Shown in pieces: positions 28,293 through 38,177 of a stretch of DNA of 64,000 bases; positions within the stretch are counted from its first letter, which is position 1; every line of letters starts with the position of its first letter. This DNA is from a bacterium. Its GTDB lineage: Bacteria; DRYD01. A program made the translations under genes and the position numbers. The notes beneath the pieces are model-generated. The model was not told the DNA's origin. It ran no database searches and saw only the letters and a list, made by a program, of their open reading frames with translations. Where the stretch lies: NCBI GenBank assembly GCA_030549815.1, contig JAUQQQ010000004.1, positions 85,827-149,826 on the forward strand, given 5' to 3'.

Positions 28293-29084
28293 TTACACCT
28301 CCTTCTTTCTTTTTACATAATTTTGTATGATGAATGAAGCAACATCAGAGGGAGTAGTTCCTGGCCCAAAACCAGCATCATACCCCAATTCCTTAGCTAC
28401 TTTATGATCTATTCTACTACCACCACAAATCAAAATAACATCATCCCTTAAACCTTCTGCCTCCAATAAATCAACCAATTCCGTTAAATTTTTCAAATGC
28501 ATATTTCTTTGGGTTATAGTTTGAGATACTAAAATTACTTCAGCTTTCAGTTCTTTAATTTTTTCAACCAATAAACTGGGCATTACCTGAGGCCCAAGAT
28601 TATAAACCTTAAAACATTTATAAGCTTCCAATCCTTTCTCTCCTTTAAATCCCTTAACATTGAGAATACTATCCAACCCTACGGTATGGCTATCTGTTCC
28701 GATTGTAGCCCCTACAATTACTATTTTTTCTATCCCATGCTCCTTAGCGTATCTTTCAACTTCCTCTTTTGACATCTTTTCATATTCTGGAATAATCGGT
28801 TTTACTTGTTCCAAATCAACCTCATGAATAACAGAGCCATACACAACAAAAAAATAGAAATTTTCTATAGGCTCTTCAACAGTAGCGATTTTGACATCTT
28901 TAATTCCCATTTTCGATACCAAAACTTTAGCCGATTCTATAGCTACATACTTATCAGTAGCAGGTAGTGTAAAACTTAACTGAACTATACCATCATTAAA
29001 ACTATCACCATAAGGTTTAACAAATCGTGTTTTTTCAAACAATTGATCTTTTAACTTCTTCATAGGCTTTCTTAACCTCTTCAA
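28293..29084 (-). CDS. kamE: Lysine 5,6-aminomutase beta subunit (dimerisation plus cobalamin-binding domains)
   Basis: VKPYGD...DGIVQLSFTLP; B12 motif DSHTVG; ILNVKG with the PLP lysine; SQTITQ; DAGFGPGT. Start may be the ATG at 29063. Confidence 0.88.
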   Translation of the reverse strand: MKRLRKPMKKLKDQLFEKTRFVKPYGDSFNDGIVQLSFTLPATDKYVAIESAKVLVSKMGIKDVKIATVEEPIENFYFFVVYGSVIHEVDLEQVKPIIPEYEKMSKEEVERYAKEHGIEKIVIVGATIGTDSHTVGLDSILNVKGFKGEKGLEAYKCFKVYNLGPQVMPSLLVEKIKELKAEVILVSQTITQRNMHLKNLTELVDLLEAEGLRDDVILICGGSRIDHKVAKELGYDAGFGPGTTPSDVASFIIQNYVKRKKEV

Positions 29085-30912
29085 CAGATGCTTCTTCTTC
29101 TAAAGTAGTTATATCTCCCAATTCTTTACCCAAAACAACAGCTTTTAATAACCTTCTCATAATTTTTCCGGATCGAGTTTTTGGTAATTTATCGACAAAA
29201 AATATCGAAGAGAAAACCACGACAGGCCCAATTATTTCTCTTACTTTACCGATTATCTTTTGTTTTAATTCTTCATTTACACTTACACCTTGTTTGAGTG
29301 TAACAAAAGCAGCAACAACTTCTCCTCTAACTTCATCAGGTACCCCAACAACAGCAGCTTCAGCAACAAAATCATTTTCCAATATAGCACTCTCAACTTC
29401 AAAAGTCCCTATCCTATGTCCCGCTATCTTTATAACTTCGTCAGCTCTACCTAACAATTGAAAATATCCATCCTCAGTTCTAATAGCATAATCTCCTGGA
29501 TAATACATCTTTTCAAATTTAGACCAATAGACTTCTTTATATTTTTCATCATCATTCAATATTCCCATCATCATTCCAGGCCAAGGACTCTTAACAACTA
29601 TATACCCCTTCGTATTGGGTGGCAAACTATTTCCTTGCTCATCAACAACATCTACCAAAACACCAGGTAGAGGCAAAGAAGCAAATCCTGGCTTTAACGG
29701 TAATATTCCGATAAACGGTGCAATCATAAAACCACCTGTTTCAGTTTGCCACCAAGTATCTATTATAGGACATTTACTTCTTCCAATATTAACATAAAAC
29801 CATTCCCAAACCTCAGGATTGATAGGCTCACCAACAGATCCCAACATCCTTAATGAGCTTAAATCATGATCAAGAACATACTTTAAATCATACTTCATAA
29901 ACATCCTTAATGCAGTAGGCGAAGTATAGAACTCTGTTATTTTATACTTTTCTATCAAGCTCCACCATTTGGAAGGGTCAGGATAATCCGGAGCACCTTC
30001 ATATATAAAACTCGTAATCCCCAAAGCCAAAGGAGCATAAACAACATAACTATGTCCTGTTATCCAACCAATATCAGCCGTGCACCACCATATGCTATCA
30101 TTATCAACGTTAAAAGCCCACCTCAACGTGCTTGCAACATAAACCAAATATCCACCTGTTGAGTGAACTATACCTTTTGGTTTGCCAGTAGTCCCTGAAG
30201 TATATAAAACAAAAAGAGGATGAGTTGATTCAACAGGAACAGGTGGAACATAAACAAACTCCTTATAAGTCGGCCATTTTACATACTTCCCTTCTTCCTT
30301 AAAATCCCCGCTTCTATCAAGAACTACTATATTTTGAATACTATCAACATTTATTTCCTTAATAACTGACAATAAATCAACTTTTTTTCCTCTCCTATAA
30401 GTATGGGTAGCAGTGATTATAAACTTAGCTTTACTATCCTCAATTCTACCAAGGATAGCATTTTTAGAGAATCCGGAGAACACAACGTTATGAATAGCAC
30501 CTAATCTTACAACAGAAAGCATAGCAACTATAGCATCAATAACTAAAGGCATGTAAATTAAAACAACATCGCCCTTCTTTACTCCCAAATCCTGCAAAAA
30601 TTTACTGAAATAATTTACCCTGTTATACAATTCATAATAGCTAACAGTTTCTCTTTCACCCAATTCGTTTTCCCAATAAAATGCCACCTTATCTTTCCTG
30701 TAGGTTTCTAAATGTTGATCCAAACACACATAAGAAGCATTTAATAAACCTCCAACAAACCATTTATAAAAAGGATGATTATCTTCCAAAACTTTATCCC
30801 ATCTTCTAAACCATGGGATTATATTCGCTTGATAAGCCCAAAAATCTTCTAAATTATTTATGCTGTAGTTATAAAATTCTATATATCTATTAACATAAGG
30901 GTAATAATACAT
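29035..30912 (-). CDS. acs: Acetyl-CoA synthetase (AMP-forming)
   Basis: YTSGTTGKPKG, WWCTADIGWITGHSY, DTWWQTETG, GRADEV, PKTRSGKIMRR. Confidence 0.96.
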   Translation of the reverse strand: MYYYPYVNRYIEFYNYSINNLEDFWAYQANIIPWFRRWDKVLEDNHPFYKWFVGGLLNASYVCLDQHLETYRKDKVAFYWENELGERETVSYYELYNRVNYFSKFLQDLGVKKGDVVLIYMPLVIDAIVAMLSVVRLGAIHNVVFSGFSKNAILGRIEDSKAKFIITATHTYRRGKKVDLLSVIKEINVDSIQNIVVLDRSGDFKEEGKYVKWPTYKEFVYVPPVPVESTHPLFVLYTSGTTGKPKGIVHSTGGYLVYVASTLRWAFNVDNDSIWWCTADIGWITGHSYVVYAPLALGITSFIYEGAPDYPDPSKWWSLIEKYKITEFYTSPTALRMFMKYDLKYVLDHDLSSLRMLGSVGEPINPEVWEWFYVNIGRSKCPIIDTWWQTETGGFMIAPFIGILPLKPGFASLPLPGVLVDVVDEQGNSLPPNTKGYIVVKSPWPGMMMGILNDDEKYKEVYWSKFEKMYYPGDYAIRTEDGYFQLLGRADEVIKIAGHRIGTFEVESAILENDFVAEAAVVGVPDEVRGEVVAAFVTLKQGVSVNEELKQKIIGKVREIIGPVVVFSSIFFVDKLPKTRSGKIMRRLLKAVVLGKELGDITTLEEEASVEEVKKAYEEVKRSIV

Positions 30913-30924
30913 GTTTTTTTACCA

Positions 30925-30976
30925 ACAAGCGATTGCTTGTCCCGGGTTATTTATATTCTGCCATCCCGAGAGGCAG
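30925..30976. promoter_or_regulatory. Inverted repeats upstream of acs (candidate operator and hairpin)
   Basis: ACAAGC-GATT-GCTTGT (30925-30940), CCCGGG (30941-30946), CTGCC...GGCAG (30958-30976). Confidence 0.4.
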
Positions 30977-30979
30977 TTT

Positions 30980-31789
30980 TTATTCATTCTTTTTTTCTCC
31001 ATTAATATTTTTAGCAAAGAAAGCAAAAAGTTCAGTAGGTAACGGTATAACCATATTGGATCCCTTAGAAGCGATATCAGAAAGTAATTGGAAAAATCGT
31101 AATTGTAAAGCGACAGGTTGGGAAGATATTAAATTAGCAGCTTCGACCAATTTCTGGGCTGCTTGGAATTCCGCTTCAGCACTTATTATCTTTGCTCTTC
31201 TTTCTCTTTCTGCTTCAGCTTGCTTTGCCATAGCTTTTTGCAAAGTCTCAGGCAATTCTATATCCTTTATCTCAACCAAAGTAATCTTTACTCCCCATCT
31301 CTGGGTATTCTCATCAACTATTTCTCTTATTTTTTCATTAATTCTTTCTCTTTGTTGCAATATTTCGTCCAATTCAGATTGCCCAACAACATTTCTTAGA
31401 GTAGTTTGTGCTATTTGGAAAATGGATGCGGCATAGTCCTGGTTTTGTAAAACTGCTTTATCAGGATGGACGACTTGAAAATAAACAACCGCACTAACCT
31501 TTATAGTTATGTTATCAGCAGTTATTACTTCTTGAGAAGGTAAGTTCATAGGGGTTTCTCGTGTATCAACAATTATCATTTTATCGATAAAAGGTATCAA
31601 TATAATTAGTCCAGGTCCCTCAACGTGCCCCACATACCTACCTAATCTCAATCTTATCCCTCTCTCATACTGATTTACTATCTTAATTATTGACAATACA
31701 ACTGGTAAAACAAAACTTATTATGAATATGATACCAATAACTAAAAATCCCAAAGATCCAATACATGCTTCAGTCATTATCTTCACCAA
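30980..31789 (-). CDS. SPFH/stomatin (slipin) family protein
   Basis: QYERG..LRLG, QEVITADN, AQTTLR, VEIKDI, MAKQAEAERERRAK, ALQLR. Confidence 0.93.
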   Translation of the reverse strand: MVKIMTEACIGSLGFLVIGIIFIISFVLPVVLSIIKIVNQYERGIRLRLGRYVGHVEGPGLIILIPFIDKMIIVDTRETPMNLPSQEVITADNITIKVSAVVYFQVVHPDKAVLQNQDYAASIFQIAQTTLRNVVGQSELDEILQQRERINEKIREIVDENTQRWGVKITLVEIKDIELPETLQKAMAKQAEAERERRAKIISAEAEFQAAQKLVEAANLISSQPVALQLRFFQLLSDIASKGSNMVIPLPTELFAFFAKNINGEKKNE

Positions 31790-32669
31790 CCTTATAAGGT
31801 TTATTCAAATCTAAGTCAAAAAAGAAAATTGCTTTTCTATAGTAATATATAGAGTTATCATAATCCCCTTTTTGCTCGTATATCCTTGCTATTCTTATAT
31901 AGTTTTCCAAAGTTGGATATTTTATAATATCTTTTTTTAGCCTTTCAAGTTCATTTTGACTAATCTTTGTTGAGTTAAGTATATCTTGAGTTTTAGGATA
32001 CAATATTTTAAGACATTCTTTATAACAAGCAATAGCAAGATTCTTTTTGTTAAGAGTATTCCTTACTTCCCCTAAAATATACCATGTAGATACACTTCTG
32101 GAATTGTAACTTATGTAATTAAGCAAATTACTTTCTGCCGATTCAAAATTTTTAAGTAAAAAATCGATGTAGCCTGCATAAAAATAAGCTTCGGGTATCA
32201 CTTTTCCATAAGATTTAGTTGAAAGAATATAATAATCCCTTGCTTTCTCTAATTCATTCAAATTATGGTAATATTGAGCAGCTTTATAAGCTCCTTTGCT
32301 TGTTAAATTTAATTTAACATTATATTCGTACCTGTGTTTTGCAAAAGCAATTAATGTTATGTATTCAGGAACGTAATTTTCATCTACAGCAATTCTAATC
32401 CTGTGTTGTCCAGGCGGAATTTCTATTCTCAAAGGAGTGTTACCTTTAAAAACGTTATTAATATAAACAGAAGCAGCAGATGGGTCGCTTGATATAATCA
32501 AAGTTGCACTTAAATCTTCATCATTAGAAAAACTAATAAACAAAGAAGCACTAATAAACAAGACTAGTGCTAATAATAAATTTATTCTTGTTCCAATTAC
32601 CAAGGGCATTCTCTTTTTAATTAATTCAAAAGCTTTGAATATAATAAATTTTTGATTCCTTATTTTCAT
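31770..32669 (-). CDS. Membrane-anchored PEGA-domain plus TPR protein
   Basis: LIISSDPSAASVYIN...GNTPL...PPGQHRI (PEGA) followed by TPR-like helices. Confidence 0.8.
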   Translation of the reverse strand: MKIRNQKFIIFKAFELIKKRMPLVIGTRINLLLALVLFISASLFISFSNDEDLSATLIISSDPSAASVYINNVFKGNTPLRIEIPPGQHRIRIAVDENYVPEYITLIAFAKHRYEYNVKLNLTSKGAYKAAQYYHNLNELEKARDYYILSTKSYGKVIPEAYFYAGYIDFLLKNFESAESNLLNYISYNSRSVSTWYILGEVRNTLNKKNLAIACYKECLKILYPKTQDILNSTKISQNELERLKKDIIKYPTLENYIRIARIYEQKGDYDNSIYYYRKAIFFFDLDLNKPYKVGEDND

Positions 32670-32759
32670 GTGTATATCTTAATTTTTGTATGGACACTTG
32701 TAGCTTGTTTTCTTCTTATCATTCCCAACAAAGGCTTGTTTCTACTAGAGAACAAAATA

Positions 32760-33653
32760 CTATTTTTTTTCCTCCTGTCCGTAATGTATTTTAATATTAG
32801 CATTTTTTCTTAACTTTTGAATATATTCTTGGACCTTCTGTTGTGCCAATAATTCCTGGATTTTAGGCTTAACCTCTTCATAAGTACTTAAAACATTATG
32901 GTACTTAACTATATAATACAGTTTTTGTTTATTATAATCAACCTCGATAGGTCCTACAATTTTTCCCTTCTGTGGATTTTTAAATATTGCGTCTTCTAAT
33001 GTTTTAAAAGTAGGTGAATTTCTGGAAATATCGTACCTCGCAAGATATCCCACATATCCTTTTGTATCTTTACTTATAGGGTCTTGAGAATAGGTTTCAG
33101 CAAGTTTGGTAAAATCTCCACCATTTTTCAAACTTTTAACAATAGAATCTGCAAGGTTCTTATCAGGAACCATGATAAACGATACCTCAACTAATGGTAA
33201 TCCCTGCTTATTATTTTCATAAAAAACTTTTATTTCATCCTCAGATAATTCGGATATTATGAGCTTCCTTAACAATAAGTCCATTTTTAATTTTTGTTTA
33301 TAATCATCAAAGGAGACCCCTCTATTTTTCAATTGCTCTTTAAGTTTATCCATTCCTCCCATGCTAAGAGCAACTTTTTCTAATTCTTGATTTATCTCCT
33401 GATCACTAACATTTATATTTTTCTTTTTTGCTTCCAATAGTATTAGTTTTTCAGTTATTAAATCTTGCAAAACTTCCATTCCATATCGATTATTTAGTTC
33501 CTTATTAAGTTCATCTTGAGTTATTTTTTCATTTTCTACTTCTGCAACAACTTTAGAATCACTTTTATTACAACCATAGATATTTAAAACTATTATGGAA
33601 ATAACAAAAATTAACGCCACTATTAAAAAATTTTTATTGATATTTTTATACAT
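32760..33653 (-). CDS. PrsA/SurA-type parvulin peptidyl-prolyl isomerase (lipoprotein)
   Basis: Lipobox-like IYG-C; VVAEV..EKIT; FTKLAETYSQDP...GYVG. Confidence 0.85.
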   Translation of the reverse strand: MYKNINKNFLIVALIFVISIIVLNIYGCNKSDSKVVAEVENEKITQDELNKELNNRYGMEVLQDLITEKLILLEAKKKNINVSDQEINQELEKVALSMGGMDKLKEQLKNRGVSFDDYKQKLKMDLLLRKLIISELSEDEIKVFYENNKQGLPLVEVSFIMVPDKNLADSIVKSLKNGGDFTKLAETYSQDPISKDTKGYVGYLARYDISRNSPTFKTLEDAIFKNPQKGKIVGPIEVDYNKQKLYYIVKYHNVLSTYEEVKPKIQELLAQQKVQEYIQKLRKNANIKIHYGQEEKK

Positions 33654-33663
33654 TTTAACCTCC

Positions 33664-34020
33664 TTATTCTGGCCTCAAATAGGTAAGTTTCTTCCTTCTT
33701 GGTTTCTTAAGAGGATTTCTAACAAGTTCAACTTTTTCTACATTAGGGCTATTAATCCTAAATGTTTTTTCAACCCCAACTCCTTGGACTTCTTTTCTTA
33801 CGGTAAAGAACCTGTTATAGATCGGCCCATGGATTTCAATAACAACACCTTCAAAAACCTGAACCCTACTCTTATCACCTTCAACTATTCTTTGATGTAC
33901 TTTTACAATATCTCCAACCTTAAAGTTTAATTCCTTTTTTGAAGGCAAGTATTTTTCATGTATTTCTCTAAGTAATTTATCAGGACTTTTAACAACTTTC
34001 AGTATTCTCATTCTTTTCAT
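33664..34020 (-). CDS. rplS: 50S ribosomal protein L19
   Basis: FKVGDIVKVH, RVQVFEGVVI, FTVRK, GVGVEKTF..NSP. Confidence 0.95.
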   Translation of the reverse strand: MKRMRILKVVKSPDKLLREIHEKYLPSKKELNFKVGDIVKVHQRIVEGDKSRVQVFEGVVIEIHGPIYNRFFTVRKEVQGVGVEKTFRINSPNVEKVELVRNPLKKPRRKKLTYLRPE

Positions 34021-34102
34021 AATATCACCACCTTATTTTATAAACTTCCACATAAACGCCTAACTGTCCTCCAATTTTTCACCATAATTTTTTTTGAATA
34101 TT

Positions 34103-34855
34103 TTAATGAGCAAAAAGGAGGTAAGAAAGGAGAAAATTAAGGATAAAGACAAATATGATGGATTTCATTACAGCATTGGTTACTGCTATACCAACCCCCG
34201 CACTGTTTTTAGGACAATTAAAAGCTTCAACAACAGAAACCAAAACTATAACAACAGCAAAAACTATACTTTTAATTATACCCCCTGTTAAATCACTCAA
34301 TTCCAGAAATCTTTCAATCGAATTAGCATAAGTTGAATAACTAATGTTTGCATATATTTTAGCCATAACAGCACCACCAAAAGTGCCAGAAATAATAGAA
34401 AAGATCGTTATAATGGGCTCAGTAATTATCAGAGAAATGAGACGAGGAGTAACTAAATATTCATATATATTAACTCCCATACTTCTCAACGCATCTATCT
34501 GGTCAGTTATTTTCATCGTTGATATTTCAGCAGCGATAGAAGAACCCGACCTACCGATTAAGACTATAGCAGTAAGCATGGGTCCAAATTCCCTTGCCAT
34601 AGCAATCGCAACCCCGCCCCCAACCATATCAGCAACACCATACCTTACCGCCTCTTTAGATAATTCTAACGAAATCACCATACCTGTAAAAGTTATTGTC
34701 AAAACAACGATAAAAATAGAATTATAACCTAAATGCACAATCTGATAAGGTAAATCTTCCCAGTTAATCTTTAATCTGAAAATAGAATAAAAACTATTAA
34801 AGAAAACCAAAGCCAGACAACCAAAATAGTATACAAAGCTATTCAAGAGATTCAT
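34103..34855 (-). CDS. mlaE: MlaE/Ttg2B ABC transporter permease
   Basis: REFGPMLTAI...GRSGS.IAAEI.TM.ITDQIDAL, GVGIAVT.AV. Confidence 0.92.
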   Translation of the reverse strand: MNLLNSFVYYFGCLALVFFNSFYSIFRLKINWEDLPYQIVHLGYNSIFIVVLTITFTGMVISLELSKEAVRYGVADMVGGGVAIAMAREFGPMLTAIVLIGRSGSSIAAEISTMKITDQIDALRSMGVNIYEYLVTPRLISLIITEPIITIFSIISGTFGGAVMAKIYANISYSTYANSIERFLELSDLTGGIIKSIVFAVVIVLVSVVEAFNCPKNSAGVGIAVTNAVMKSIIFVFILNFLLSYLLFAH

Positions 34856-35902
34856 CTACTTTACTCTTTTTAGTCGAGGATTTTGAGTTCTCCCAGGTAT
34901 TCTTCCCCTTTTTGCAATAGCCTTTCCTTCAACCTCTTTTAAATCCATCGTAAATTGTATGTTATTGAAGGAAGCTATGAAAGACCCAACACCGAATATA
35001 TCTGCACCTGCTTTTTCTAAAATACTTATTCTTTCAGGATCCAAGCCCCCTGAAACCACTATCTTTATATCGCCAAACCCTTCTATTTTCAACCTTTCTT
35101 TAACTTCCCTTACCAATTCTGGTGTTACTCTTCCTCTTTCTCGTGGAGTATCCAATCTGACTCCATCCAACTTTTTACCTATTTCCCTAAAAAACTTGGC
35201 TATTCTAACACTTTCTTCAGCTTCGTCTTTAAAAGTGTCAACTAAAATTATACGAGGGACGCTATCGTCAATATATTTATCAAATATTCTTGCTGCTTCC
35301 AAAGTATCACCGAGGATAATAACAAAAGCGTGAGGAATGGTTCCCTTTGGTTCTCTTTTTGCTAACGAAGCACCAAGGATACAGCTAACATCGTCAGCAC
35401 CACCGATCAATGCAGATCTCTCCATAACAGGAGCAACAGAAGGATGTACAAATCGAGCGCCAAAACAAATAACTTTCTTCCCATTAGCAGCTTCTTTACA
35501 CATTCTTGCAGCCGTAGCCCAACTCGAAGAAGATGCCAAAAACCCCAATATCAACGTCTCTAAATAACCAAACTCTCCATACTTTCCCTCTATTCTCATC
35601 ACGACTTCAAATGGTTCAAAAGTTTCACCTTCCTCTAAAGATTCAATCTTAACATCTTTGTTTCTTAATAAATATAGGACCTCATTTAAACCTGCAAAAA
35701 CTCCTTTTTCATTAGTAAAAATCTCAGCACAGACGTTTGTGTCTAACTTACCAATTTTTTCCAATAAATAGCTTGTTCTTACAAAATATATATCAGTAGT
35801 TAAAGCTTTATCAATCTCCTCATGCGTTGCAGAAAAATACCTTACACTATCTATTTCCTTGTGAAGGTTCATAGAATACTCATATAAACTTTGGAAATTC
35901 AT
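34856..35902 (-). CDS. pncB: Nicotinate phosphoribosyltransferase
   Basis: TDIYF, FGAR, GTIPH, LVDT, GVRLDT, SGGL, FGVG, KRGR. Confidence 0.9.
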   Translation of the reverse strand: MNFQSLYEYSMNLHKEIDSVRYFSATHEEIDKALTTDIYFVRTSYLLEKIGKLDTNVCAEIFTNEKGVFAGLNEVLYLLRNKDVKIESLEEGETFEPFEVVMRIEGKYGEFGYLETLILGFLASSSSWATAARMCKEAANGKKVICFGARFVHPSVAPVMERSALIGGADDVSCILGASLAKREPKGTIPHAFVIILGDTLEAARIFDKYIDDSVPRIILVDTFKDEAEESVRIAKFFREIGKKLDGVRLDTPRERGRVTPELVREVKERLKIEGFGDIKIVVSGGLDPERISILEKAGADIFGVGSFIASFNNIQFTMDLKEVEGKAIAKRGRIPGRTQNPRLKRVK

Positions 35903-36957
35903 ATCGGTATAACCTCCTCAGGCAAAGTATAAAGTATTAATTCTTCATTATTTTCAAAAACAAAATCTTTATCGATCACAAGATAATTATAAACCCAAAC
36001 ATTCATATCCTTAGAATAAAAAAGATAGTAAAGCTTAGAGTTAGAATAGAATATGAAACTCACATTTGGGATTGAGAAAAAAGGTCTTATTTCTGATTTA
36101 GTCCAATAATAAACAGTTAAATTATTCTTGTTAATTACAAACAAATAGGGATTTGCAAAATAAGAGTAAAAACTTTCTATACTTCCCACTAATTTCATAT
36201 TTAAATTTTGATCGATATTATAAATATTTGCATTTTCGCCCGTCTGAAGCAAAAGATGATTTCTATCTAATAAAATAATATAGAAAACAGAATTATAAAA
36301 AACTTTAACATTATTTTCAAAAATGTCTTTGCTAAAATCCTTTGATATATACCTTATTTTTAAAGTATAATCTTCTTGGTAAATTTGGGACAATTCTAAA
36401 GATACAAAAAAGTTATCACTTTTTAATATTTGCAATAAATTATCAGATTCTACTGTAAAAAGCGGATTAATTAATTTATCTACTTCATACACAAAAATAG
36501 CATTATTTTCACTACCATTTTTTAATTTTTTTAAACCGATTAATTCATCTGAATAATAAACACATGTGAAAGTATCCAATTTAATCTTTTTATATTTGGT
36601 CATCTTTTCAAATATATAAATATTGTTTTTAAAAACTACGAATATATTTTGATCTTTTATAAAATTTCCCATATATTGACTTTCCTCTTTGATTTGAAAA
36701 ATTTTTTGCAATTTGTTTTTTGAAGGGAAAAGCGGTAAAAATCTTGTCTTATATAAAGTCAGAATATTAATACCACTTTCTGTTTGTTGAATAAAATAAG
36801 GTTTGTTATTATAGTAAAAGAAATCGACGATGTTATCAATAAGAATCATCTTTTTTCCATCTTCCACTTGCACTAACGAAGAATCGATGATGAAATATTT
36901 TTCAGAACAGAACGAAAAAGATAAAATCAAAATCAAAAAGATTAATAACCTTTTCAT
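35899..36957 (-). CDS. Hypothetical exported beta-rich protein
   Basis: 352-aa ORF with a signal peptide; GTGA/ATGA-type overlap with pncB. Confidence 0.6.
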   Translation of the reverse strand: MKRLLIFLILILSFSFCSEKYFIIDSSLVQVEDGKKMILIDNIVDFFYYNNKPYFIQQTESGINILTLYKTRFLPLFPSKNKLQKIFQIKEESQYMGNFIKDQNIFVVFKNNIYIFEKMTKYKKIKLDTFTCVYYSDELIGLKKLKNGSENNAIFVYEVDKLINPLFTVESDNLLQILKSDNFFVSLELSQIYQEDYTLKIRYISKDFSKDIFENNVKVFYNSVFYIILLDRNHLLLQTGENANIYNIDQNLNMKLVGSIESFYSYFANPYLFVINKNNLTVYYWTKSEIRPFFSIPNVSFIFYSNSKLYYLFYSKDMNVWVYNYLVIDKDFVFENNEELILYTLPEEVIPI

Positions 36958-37075
36958 CTTATGGAAATATTTCTATACGAACAAAATAACAACCTTCAGA
37001 AAGGTAAGGGAGAAAAAATAGAGAAAAATATAGAAAAGATAAGTAAAAGATAAACCAAAGAGAAGGAGAAAGGTA

Positions 37076-37771
37076 ATGGAGCTAAAAAAAATATCCAAAG
37101 CTTTTGATATACTATCAAAAGCATATGACTTAATTAGTTATACAATGAGCCTTGGTGTTACGATATACTGGAGAAAAAGATTAATAGACGAAAGTGTAAA
37201 ACTAATTAAAAGTGAAACCAAATACATTTTAGACTTATGCACAGGAACAGGCGATATAGCAATCGGAATATACAAAAAATCACAAAACCAGAATATAAAA
37301 ATAATAGGCTTTGACGCTTCATTCGGAATGCTAAAAAAATTCATAGAAAAATCACCAAATAGAGAAAACTTAATCCCCATCTTAGGAGATATATCCCAAA
37401 TGCCTTTTAAAAACAAATCATTTGATATATCAACCATGTCATTCGGAGCAAGAAGCTTATTCGAAGGAGAAAAAGATTTCTCCACATACTTAAAAGAAAT
37501 ACACCGAATATCCAAAAGATTACTTAATTTAGAAACATCACATCCTAAAAACCCAATAATAAAAGCTCTTTACAAATCTTACCTATACTTCATTATTGTA
37601 ATTTTAGGGAGCATATTTTTCCCTCATTATAACAGAGAATACTACAGAACGATAATGACTTTTCCTAACTACGAAAGATTTTCAGAAATACTAAAACAAA
37701 TAGGATATGATAAAGTAGAAGCAATACCTTTATTTTGGGGAATGGCAGCAATACACATAGCCTATGAGTAA
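37076..37771 (+). CDS. ubiE: UbiE/MenG-family SAM-dependent methyltransferase
   Basis: YDLI...S.G....WR, ILDLCTGTGD, PFKNKSFD, FP. Confidence 0.8.
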   Translation: MELKKISKAFDILSKAYDLISYTMSLGVTIYWRKRLIDESVKLIKSETKYILDLCTGTGDIAIGIYKKSQNQNIKIIGFDASFGMLKKFIEKSPNRENLIPILGDISQMPFKNKSFDISTMSFGARSLFEGEKDFSTYLKEIHRISKRLLNLETSHPKNPIIKALYKSYLYFIIVILGSIFFPHYNREYYRTIMTFPNYERFSEILKQIGYDKVEAIPLFWGMAAIHIAYE

Positions 37772-38177
37772 ATACTTAGATAAAATAGCAGAAATAATAG
37801 AAAATATTGAAAAAGTCCAACAAGAGCTATTAGTAGAACAAAAAATGATGAAAAACCTTATCTCTTTACTTAATCAATTTTCGGGAACAACAAAAAGCAA
37901 AACAATAGACCTTGATGATCCTGTCGTAAAAAAAGCAAAAGAAGTACTGTTAAAGCTTATTACATCACTACAGGAAGAATACTACAGATTGGATTTATTG
38001 GAACCTGATGAAAAATGGGCACAATTCCACGAAAAATTTAAACAATCTCTAAAAACCCAAATCGAAGGATACAAAGAAATATTCTTAGTATTTACAGATG
38101 GAAATATTACACATATAAAAGTTGGAAGTATGAAAGTAGAACAAGGATTGAAAATGATAGATATAGATGATGATTAA
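37764..38177 (+). CDS. Hypothetical helical protein
   Basis: 137-aa ORF overlapping both neighbouring genes. Confidence 0.65.
   Translation: MSKYLDKIAEIIENIEKVQQELLVEQKMMKNLISLLNQFSGTTKSKTIDLDDPVVKKAKEVLLKLITSLQEEYYRLDLLEPDEKWAQFHEKFKQSLKTQIEGYKEIFLVFTDGNITHIKVGSMKVEQGLKMIDIDDD

Noticed and set aside
30152-30161. GTGAACTAT, resembling the reverse complement of an IS right end
   Set aside because: It lies within the conserved acs GIVHSTGG codons, so it is a chance match.
30933-31436. 167-aa plus-strand ORF starting among the hairpins upstream of acs
   Set aside because: It is the antisense shadow of the SPFH gene and has no RBS.
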